Positions 55,359 through 62,394 of a stretch of DNA of 64,000 nucleotides are shown one piece after another. A program made the position numbers and the translations under genes. Origin of the DNA: a virus. The notes beneath the pieces are model-generated. The model searched no databases and was not told where the DNA came from. It was given only the letters and a program-made list of their open reading frames with translations. Location of the stretch: positions 91,532-155,531 of the IMG/VR virus record IMGVR_UViG_3300045988_141072, one strand, 5' to 3'. Within the stretch, counting starts at the first letter, position 1; each line of letters opens with the position of its first letter.

Positions 55359-55387
55359 TTGACAATATCGAACGGACGTTCTATTAT
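55359..55387 (+). promoter_or_regulatory. near-consensus sigma-70-type promoter
   Basis: TTGACA (55359-55364), 17 nt, TATTAT (55382-55387). Followed by a hairpin-rich leader of about 240 nt. Confidence 0.6.
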
Positions 55388-55633
55388 CTTATTATACAAA
55401 AAAAAGATAGAGTCTTGATGTAAAAGGTATTGGCAGTACCTAATACAGACCCTATCTAAATTACATAAAACACAACGTAAATACGTTAAACGCAGTACGT
55501 TGCTAACCCCAATATTACATATTAATTCAAAAATGTCAAGTAAAAGGTGAGATTTTGACTTGGCAATCGTTAGCAATTCTGCAAAATTTATCAAAAAATT
55601 TTAAAAAAATTAAATAAGAAAGAGGTGTTTCAT

Positions 55634-56242
55634 ATGGCAAATTATGTCATTACAGACGGAACTCGATGGATCATGAAGGACAGGAATGGAAAGTATGTTC
55701 CTACTTCATGTGAGTCTTTTGCGGACATTTTTAGTAAAAAACAGGCTGAAAATATACAAAAATGTTCATTGGCGAAGGCGTTAAGAGGAGTTTTTTATGT
55801 GGAAAAAATGAGTGAAGAGGTTCCAGCACAAGTTAAACCTGTAACCGATAAGGACATTGAAGAAACTGGAAAAGTAATGGTTTCAGAAGATATTAAATAT
55901 TGGTTAGATAAAGCAACAGATATGAGTAATATTGCGAATGAAGCAATAAATCGAAAAAGAAAACTGTGTCAGGAATTGAGTTTGGTGGACAAAGAGCTTT
56001 GTGACATTCTTCATTATATAGAATTCTGCAACTTAAATGCTGCACAAGGTTATAAAGCATATAAAATGGTTAAAGAACGGAGAATATTAAGAAGAAAGAT
56101 AAAAGATGAAATATCAATTCTTGACAGTATTTTAGGTCAAAAAGTGTCACAAACAGCCAAAAATGCGATACAAAAAACAGCAGAAAATATGGACAAACGT
56201 ACATATGAACCTAGAGTTCTTAAAGAATTGTTTGATTTTTAA
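55634..56242 (+). CDS. hypothetical protein
   Basis: 202 aa with AGAGGTG RBS; basic helical C-terminus. Confidence 0.55.
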   Translation: MANYVITDGTRWIMKDRNGKYVPTSCESFADIFSKKQAENIQKCSLAKALRGVFYVEKMSEEVPAQVKPVTDKDIEETGKVMVSEDIKYWLDKATDMSNIANEAINRKRKLCQELSLVDKELCDILHYIEFCNLNAAQGYKAYKMVKERRILRRKIKDEISILDSILGQKVSQTAKNAIQKTAENMDKRTYEPRVLKELFDF

Positions 56243-56268
56243 TTTGAATAATAGATTGGAGTGATGAG

Positions 56269-58440
56269 ATGAATTGGAAGCAAGTTGACAAATTAGAGTT
56301 CTCGGATGAAGAAATGGAGATTATTAACTTTTATTCAGACAACGAAATGTGCGAATTAAAAAAAATATGCAATCCAATTATAAGTAGAAAGAATGTAGAT
56401 AAAGCAGACTATGACGATTTATATAGTGACGCATTAATTGTTTTAATGGAAAGTGTAAAAGATTTTAATGGTAAAAAGTCAAAATTTAAAACTTTCTTAA
56501 CTGGAAATATCAAGCGTTCATTTTACGATTGGACAAGAGATTCACTTAGAGGAAAGCGATGTAATCTTGAGAGAGATAAAAATGGAAAAATTATTTTGGA
56601 CGAAAATAAAAAACCGATTCCAATTAAAAATGTCTCATTTGATAATCTAGTAGAAGATGGAATAAGTTTACATGAAAAAATAGCAGAGAAAAATAATACA
56701 TATGAACATACTGAAAATATTGAAAAATATCTTAATTCTCTTTCTGAAAAAGAAAAAATAATAGCTAATTTCATTATTGATGGATATTCATTAAAAGAAA
56801 TACAGGAAAATTTAAAATTAACAGATAAGAAATTTCAAAAAATATTAACTAATATGAAAAGTTTTAAAAGACAGCAAATTATTCATAGTAACAATTGTAT
56901 TGTAATTAAGGAGGATAAACCAATGAACGTACAAACAACAACATTAGAAAAAAGCAAACCAGACAGATTAAGTGTTGCATCAATTAACAAAAAAATTGAT
57001 AATTACACAATTAGATTTGATCACCCATTACAAAGAGAATCAGAACAATGGTCAAATGTCATGAAAGGTAATTTAATTTCAGATATTTTACAAGGAAATC
57101 CTATTCCATCACTTACATTTGCTGAACAAATTATTAATGGTATTGCAATTATTTGGGATTTAGATGGAAAACAGCGTTGTACAAATACTTATTCTTTTGC
57201 AAAAGACAAGTTTAAAATATCAAGAAATATTAGACGTTGGATGATTTCATATCAAGCAATTGTTAAAGATGAAAATGGTAAACCTGTTCTTGATGAAAAT
57301 GGTTTTCCAAAAACAGAAAAAAGAGAATTTGATATTAGAAATAAAAAGTTTTCTAATTTACCAGAAGAATTACAAGATAAATTTATGGATTATAATTTTG
57401 AAATTGTTCAATATTTAAACTGCTCAGAAGAAGATATTGCTTATCATATAGCAAGATACAATGAAGGCAAGCCAATGAATACTCAGCAAAAAGGTATCAT
57501 TAGATTAGGTGAGCGTTTTGCTTCATTAGTTAAAGGAATTTCAGCAATGCCATTTTTCAAAGAAATGGGAAATTATACAGTAAGAGAATGCAATAACGGA
57601 ACAATTAATCGAGTTGTTGTTGAAAGCATTATGACTACAAATTTCTTAGAAGATTGGAATAAAGATCAGTCTGCTATATGTGAATTTCTTAAAGATAATG
57701 CAAGTGAAGAAACTTTTGATAATTTTGAAGAATTAGTTAATAGACTTTCAAAGGTTGTAGATAACAACGATGAAATTCTTGAAGAGTTTAATTCAAAAAA
57801 TTCATTTATTTGGTTTGGATTATTTGGAAGATTTGTTAATAACTGTGACAATGATAAAAAATTCATTGAATTTATGGCTGAATTTGGTCAGCCATTACAT
57901 AAGGCTTTTGAAGAAATAGAATATGACGAAAACGGGAAAAAGAAACATTCTACAAAAGATAAGGCAATTGTTCATGAAAAAATGAATAAGGCTATAGAAT
58001 TGATGAATGAATTTTTAAATATTAAAAACGAAGAAAATATCGAAACAGAAGAAGAGGAGGATAACAAAATAGACGGTAACAATGAAACTGCTGTTTCTTG
58101 TGGCTGTGAGAATGCAAAAAATGACGAAAATGGCGTTTTAATGTTCTGTAAGGAAAACGTATCAACCGACATAGAAGAGGAAGATATTGCTTTATATGAG
58201 GATATGCTTGACGATTGTGTAAGGGTTGATATGCCAATTTATAATATGTGTAAAAATGCACTAATTGGTTTGGTTGGATTCTCAGTAAAAGAAAATAAAG
58301 ATAAAGAGTTTGAAGATTGGATTAAAGAATATCAGACAGACAAGTCTAACTTTAGTTCAAATCAGAAAACAAACTTTATATTTATGAAGAATGATTTTAA
58401 TAACTACTTATTACAGAAAGGAGCATGTGCTAATGCCTGA
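56269..58440 (+). CDS. sigma-70-like (regions 2 and 4) domain fused to a DUF262/ParB-like domain
   Basis: Residues about 45-100 (YDDLYSDALIVLMESVKDF..FKTFLTGNIKRSFYDW) resemble sigma region 2. Residues about 160-200 (LSEKEKIIANFIIDGYSLKEIQENL) resemble region 4. Then IRFDHPLQRE..IIWDLDGKQR is a DUF262 (DGQQR-type) motif. No DUF1524/HNH module is seen. Confidence 0.55.
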   Translation: MNWKQVDKLEFSDEEMEIINFYSDNEMCELKKICNPIISRKNVDKADYDDLYSDALIVLMESVKDFNGKKSKFKTFLTGNIKRSFYDWTRDSLRGKRCNLERDKNGKIILDENKKPIPIKNVSFDNLVEDGISLHEKIAEKNNTYEHTENIEKYLNSLSEKEKIIANFIIDGYSLKEIQENLKLTDKKFQKILTNMKSFKRQQIIHSNNCIVIKEDKPMNVQTTTLEKSKPDRLSVASINKKIDNYTIRFDHPLQRESEQWSNVMKGNLISDILQGNPIPSLTFAEQIINGIAIIWDLDGKQRCTNTYSFAKDKFKISRNIRRWMISYQAIVKDENGKPVLDENGFPKTEKREFDIRNKKFSNLPEELQDKFMDYNFEIVQYLNCSEEDIAYHIARYNEGKPMNTQQKGIIRLGERFASLVKGISAMPFFKEMGNYTVRECNNGTINRVVVESIMTTNFLEDWNKDQSAICEFLKDNASEETFDNFEELVNRLSKVVDNNDEILEEFNSKNSFIWFGLFGRFVNNCDNDKKFIEFMAEFGQPLHKAFEEIEYDENGKKKHSTKDKAIVHEKMNKAIELMNEFLNIKNEENIETEEEEDNKIDGNNETAVSCGCENAKNDENGVLMFCKENVSTDIEEEDIALYEDMLDDCVRVDMPIYNMCKNALIGLVGFSVKENKDKEFEDWIKEYQTDKSNFSSNQKTNFIFMKNDFNNYLLQKGACANA

Positions 58441-58843
58441 TATATCAATGTGCTTTGGAAAACATTGTCCTAAACGTGAGGAATGTTATAGGGCAATAGC
58501 TAAACCAGATAAAATACAAAGTTATAGCGACTTCGAAATAGATTGTGGACTGCATAATTATAGGAATCAAATGAAGATGGATATGAGTAATAGATTAATA
58601 TTGCCATTTGGTGAAATAGAATTGTTTTTTGATGAAGAACCTGCAAATTTTGTAGCAAGGGATATAAAAGATTTACCAGAAAATGAAAAAAGCAAACGTA
58701 CAATTAACTGTTGCAAAAACTGTGCCAATGCTATTGGATATTCAGGGTATGAGGATTGTTTTTGTAAGGTTTATGATTGTGGTATCCGTGCAGAAGTGTA
58801 CAACTGTGAAGAATTTAAAAGTGAGGAGCAGGAAAATGAATAA
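58433..58843 (+). CDS. Cys-rich protein
   Basis: 136 aa from the ATG overlapping the upstream stop. CFGKHCP..C at the N-terminus, CCKNC..C..C at the C-terminus. Confidence 0.5.
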   Translation: MPDISMCFGKHCPKREECYRAIAKPDKIQSYSDFEIDCGLHNYRNQMKMDMSNRLILPFGEIELFFDEEPANFVARDIKDLPENEKSKRTINCCKNCANAIGYSGYEDCFCKVYDCGIRAEVYNCEEFKSEEQENE

Positions 58844-59024
58844 AGAAATAAAAGAAGAAGTTAGCATTGTTTTAGATCTGTTAAAGAAGTCGCTTATTAA
58901 GAACAATATGTCAATTGGGTTTGATAAAGAAACAAATTCATTGTTGTTTTTCGATACAAAGCAGTATGTAGAAAATAAGAAGTTTGATGGTTTTAAAATT
59001 AAATTGGAAGAATTGGTGAGGTAA
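58836..59024 (+). CDS. small hypothetical protein
   Basis: 62 aa from the ATG after GGAGCAGGAAA. Confidence 0.45.
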   Translation: MNKEIKEEVSIVLDLLKKSLIKNNMSIGFDKETNSLLFFDTKQYVENKKFDGFKIKLEELVR

Positions 59025-59307
59025 TGGATGCAATCAGAAATGTAAGAATCAGAAAATAAAAGTAATTATAAATTACAATAAATTTGGAGCAGTAATTAGT
59101 AAATCATCTATTCCTGTAAAAGAAAATAGAGATTATTGCATTGAATATTCTTACGAATTAATAAATAGAAAAAGAAAAAGAGAATAATAAAGCAAACAAC
59201 AGAAATCGGAAAGCATCTAAAATCTTTTCATACATAGTCAATTCTGACAATGAAGAACTTATAACTTTATCTCATCTTTGTGAGTACGGTTTCTGTTTAT
59301 TATATAA

Positions 59308-59379
59308 AGCCCTATTGCCAAATGGTAAGGCATAGCACTTTGACTGCTAGATTTATCGGTTCGAATCCGATTAGGGCTG
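59308..59379 (+). tRNA. tRNA-Gln(TTG): tRNA-Gln (anticodon TTG)
   Basis: Manual cloverleaf, 72 nt. Acceptor AGCCCTA/TAGGGCT, anticodon arm TAGCA-CTTTGAC-TGCTA, T arm ATCGG-TTCGAAT-CCGAT. Confidence 0.8.
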
Positions 59380-59384
59380 TTGAT

Positions 59385-59496
59385 TCATATGTAGTGTAAT
59401 GGCAACACATCTTAATAACCTTTCATTGCTTGTATGTTTTATATTTAGTATCCCCTTTATATTAAGAAGATACAGGTTCGATTCCTGTCATATGAA
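59385..59496 (+). tRNA. tRNA-like gene with 48 nt between the anticodon-stem strands (intron-like or disrupted)
   Basis: Acceptor TCATATG/CATATGA, D arm GTGT-AATGGCA-ACAC, T arm ACAGG-TTCGATT-CCTGT. The anticodon stem strands TCTTA (59410-59414) and TAAGA (59463-59467) are separated by 48 nt instead of 7. Confidence 0.45.
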
Positions 59497-59528
59497 TTAA
59501 AAAATAAATAAGAAAGGAAAAAATTAAT

Positions 59529-59858
59529 ATGAACTTAAAAGGACATGTTAAAAATTTAGAACTAATTAGATATTTGGACAATTCTAAAAAAATAAAATAT
59601 GCTTTGAGCATAACTTTCATTAGTGATGATATTAAATCAGTAATGGAACATGTTGCAGTATTAAAATTGCCGATAAATCCAAATGAGATAATTACTTTTT
59701 GGGAAAATTCACATATGCAACTTGATATTGGGTTTGGTAAATTGGATTGTTTAGGAGATATTACAACGACCGTTATAATGGATAAATATCCAGCAAGAAA
59801 AATGACTATAGAAGAAATAGAAGAAGAATTGGGTTATAAGGTAGAGATTATGAGGTGA
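59529..59858 (+). CDS. hypothetical protein
   Basis: 109 aa with GAAAGGAAA RBS. Confidence 0.5.
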   Translation: MNLKGHVKNLELIRYLDNSKKIKYALSITFISDDIKSVMEHVAVLKLPINPNEIITFWENSHMQLDIGFGKLDCLGDITTTVIMDKYPARKMTIEEIEEELGYKVEIMR

Positions 59859-59863
59859 AATAA

Positions 59864-60079
59864 ATGGAAGTTTCAGAAAAATTTGAAAATATTATTTGTC
59901 CTGTATGTGGTGGTAATGGAAAAATTGAGCATTCAAGACGAATAACTTGGAATGAAGATGAGTGTTGGGAAGAAAAATGTAATTATTGTAAAGGAAAAAG
60001 AATAGTAAAACGAAGAACATTAGTAGAAGACTTGGCAGTAGATGATTTAAAAATAGATACTGATAAACATATCTACTAG
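59864..60079 (+). CDS. small zinc-ribbon protein (DnaJ-type CxxCxGxG repeats)
   Basis: 71 aa. CPVCGGNGK and CNYCKGKR. Confidence 0.55.
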   Translation: MEVSEKFENIICPVCGGNGKIEHSRRITWNEDECWEEKCNYCKGKRIVKRRTLVEDLAVDDLKIDTDKHIY

Positions 60080-60121
60080 GACAAGAATGTTCGATTTCAT
60101 ATGGAAGCGAGGTGAATATAA

Positions 60122-60277
60122 ATGGCGTGTGATTATTGTGCGTACCGTTATTCTTATGATTGTGGTGATGGTTGGAATTGCCATAAGAATTGTGAAAGTT
60201 TTAAGTTGGATTGGGATAGTTTATCTGAGAAAGATAAGAAAACTATTCAGAAGATTTTAGATAGAAGAGGAGGCTAA
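60122..60277 (+). CDS. small Cys-rich protein
   Basis: 51 aa (not in the track); GCGAGGTGA RBS; CDYC..C..C..C. Confidence 0.4.
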   Translation: MACDYCAYRYSYDCGDGWNCHKNCESFKLDWDSLSEKDKKTIQKILDRRGG

Positions 60278-60280
60278 GTT

Positions 60281-60487
60281 ATGGAACAGATTCAGGAAAA
60301 TGAACAGTGGAAGTTAAGTGGCAATTGTGAAAAATGTAGAAGAAATAATTATTGTTCAAAACCATGTACTCATCATAATAGACGAATAAGAGCAGAATTT
60401 AAAGGTCTTGTTGCAGATACAATGAATAAAATGACAGGTGGAGTAATGAGAGAAGCTATTGATAAGACGCTAAATGGAATTTGGTAA
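60281..60487 (+). CDS. small Cys-rich protein
   Basis: 68 aa with GAGGAGG RBS; CEKC..C..C. Confidence 0.5.
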   Translation: MEQIQENEQWKLSGNCEKCRRNNYCSKPCTHHNRRIRAEFKGLVADTMNKMTGGVMREAIDKTLNGIW

Positions 60488-60504
60488 ATTAGAAGAGGTA
60501 TTAT

Positions 60505-60723
60505 ATGAGTCAATGGATTAGAAATAAGTCATGTGAGATTTGCGGAAGAATAGAAGTTGGATTAGTAGAAATGAATGTAGGAAAAACTAAGCATTATCTA
60601 TGTTATCCGTGTATGGCAAATTTCGCATCAGACGTTCTTGATTATGCAAGAATGAATTTGACTGAGAAAGTCAATGAATATGGAAATACATATTTTATAG
60701 ACAAAAAAACAAAAGCGCAGTAA
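60505..60723 (+). CDS. small zinc-ribbon protein
   Basis: 72 aa with AGAGG RBS; CEIC..CYPC. Confidence 0.5.
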   Translation: MSQWIRNKSCEICGRIEVGLVEMNVGKTKHYLCYPCMANFASDVLDYARMNLTEKVNEYGNTYFIDKKTKAQ

Positions 60724-60761
60724 AACTTCGGTTCTTGCGAAATTAAGAAAGGAGAAAATAT

Positions 60762-61007
60762 ATGGTTAGATATTTTTGTGATTTATGTGATAAGGAAGTT
60801 GATAAATATAATGAGTATTCGTTACCGATTGCAGCCACTTTTATAAATGGTGAACCATGTGATTTAATTCAAGTTCCTGGATTTAATTTGTGTAAAGATT
60901 GTAGAAGTAAGATTTATAGAACTATTGACGACATTATTCCAAGGAAAAAGATTGAAGAATTAAATAAGAGGGCTTTGGATATAAAAATGGGAAGATGTGA
61001 TGAGTAA
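60762..61007 (+). CDS. small zinc-ribbon protein
   Basis: 81 aa with AAAGGAG RBS; CDLC..CKDC. Confidence 0.5.
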   Translation: MVRYFCDLCDKEVDKYNEYSLPIAATFINGEPCDLIQVPGFNLCKDCRSKIYRTIDDIIPRKKIEELNKRALDIKMGRCDE

Positions 61008-61049
61008 CAATAAAATTTTGATTCATGCGAAATTTAGAAAGGAGACAAT

Positions 61050-61361
61050 GTGTTAAATATAGGAGATTGTGTAGGGCAGATTAACAAAGATTCATCTGGT
61101 GTATGGAAGTTATATAAGGATAAGATAAATAAAATCACGACAACAAAGAAATACGGCAGAAGATATTTTACAAAGGCAGTGTTTTATCCATTAGATGCAG
61201 ACGATGTAGATAACAATACAAAAGATATGGAAGAGTCGATTGGCAAAGGATATATACTCACAAGAGAAGTGTTTGGATTAAATGACAAGACAAGACCTTA
61301 TGCTGAAAGATGGATAAAATGGGCTAATGAAAATCCAGATAAGGCAACTGGTTTGATATAA
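61050..61361 (+). CDS. hypothetical protein
   Basis: 103 aa, GTG start after AAAGGAGA. Confidence 0.5.
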   Translation: MLNIGDCVGQINKDSSGVWKLYKDKINKITTTKKYGRRYFTKAVFYPLDADDVDNNTKDMEESIGKGYILTREVFGLNDKTRPYAERWIKWANENPDKATGLI

Positions 61362-61399
61362 ATAAACGCACATTTCTTGCGAAATTTTGGAGGTGAAAC

Positions 61400-61579
61400 A
61401 TGAATATTTTAAATATTATTTTATTGATTATGGGAATTTTTAACCTTATTGTTGGGATAACATGGACGAAAAAGAATGTTATTAATTTTGTATTCAAATT
61501 GCTGTTCTTGGCAGGTGGTGGTTATTTAGTATTTTATGCTTTATATCTAAGTAACATTCTGATTGTTTTAAATAAGTAA
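61400..61579 (+). CDS. small two-helix membrane protein
   Basis: 59 aa (not in the track); GGAGGTGA RBS; strongly hydrophobic. Confidence 0.5.
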   Translation: MNILNIILLIMGIFNLIVGITWTKKNVINFVFKLLFLAGGGYLVFYALYLSNILIVLNK

Positions 61580-61590
61580 GGAGAATAATT

Positions 61591-61752
61591 ATGTATAAAT
61601 CTACAATAAGATTTTTAATATGGCTTATGACATTAAACCTATTAATGAATTTTATTTTTCCAGAACCAATTGAGTTATGGAAATTTATATTAATAGAGAT
61701 ATGTTTAGGATTTTTGTCATTTATTATGGTTGATTGGAAAGAAGATAAGTGA
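61591..61752 (+). CDS. small two-helix membrane protein
   Basis: 53 aa (not in the track); AAGGAGAA RBS; hydrophobic. Confidence 0.5.
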   Translation: MYKSTIRFLIWLMTLNLLMNFIFPEPIELWKFILIEICLGFLSFIMVDWKEDK

Positions 61753-61761
61753 GGTGAGAGA

Positions 61762-62193
61762 ATGAAATTAAAGGATAAAATACGAGATAAATTACGTCTT
61801 TGGTTGCTAGAAGATGATTTATTTCAAGTAGAAGCAGCTAAAAAATCATATAATGATGCAGTAGAAAAATGTGAGTATACAAATAAGCAACTAGCAGATG
61901 CAGTTATTACATATAAAAATTCTCACAAGTTAGTTGATGATTGTCATCAATTAATGAATTCAATGATGGATGTCGGAACTGATATTCATTTACATAGCGA
62001 TCATTCTTGGGCGGTTGTATGTATTAAAGGTCATCCAGAGTACGTATCATTTATGCCATTGTCATCTGATGATGCTCGTAGTGTAATCAGATTTTTACAA
62101 CAATTCAAATATTCAAATAAGGTGATTGATTCACCTTTTGGATTTAAAAATATGATTAATGATCATATTATGGATAATTCATTTGTAAAGTAG
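61762..62193 (+). CDS. hypothetical protein
   Basis: 143 aa with GAGGTGAGAG RBS. Confidence 0.5.
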   Translation: MKLKDKIRDKLRLWLLEDDLFQVEAAKKSYNDAVEKCEYTNKQLADAVITYKNSHKLVDDCHQLMNSMMDVGTDIHLHSDHSWAVVCIKGHPEYVSFMPLSSDDARSVIRFLQQFKYSNKVIDSPFGFKNMINDHIMDNSFVK

Positions 62194-62394
62194 AGAATAA
62201 TCTAATATAGAAGTAATTCTATTCAAAGGCTAATCAGCCAAATTTTCCAAAAAAGTAACAAGAAATATTTTTTTCTTATGGTTTTTGCAGACGTGCAAAT
62301 TCCATAGGATTTTACAACAAAATAATTAAGAAGAAAGGAATTAACAGTAAATTCTAGGATAAATGATTGCGCAATCTCTGTAAATTAAAGGATT

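Noticed and set aside
36267-58703. Minus-strand ORFs scattered through the rightward array (e.g. 36267-36458, 36759-36941, 36923-37123, 37181-37375, 38836-39271, 41209-41436, 45115-45372, 46715-47023, 51386-52320, 53483-53809, 54535-54756, 55304-55594, 56523-58261, 58500-58703)
   Set aside because: All are antisense to tightly packed RBS-supported plus-strand genes or to promoter and leader regions. None has an RBS, and their composition is dominated by F/L/I/S/Y from AT-rich antisense codons.
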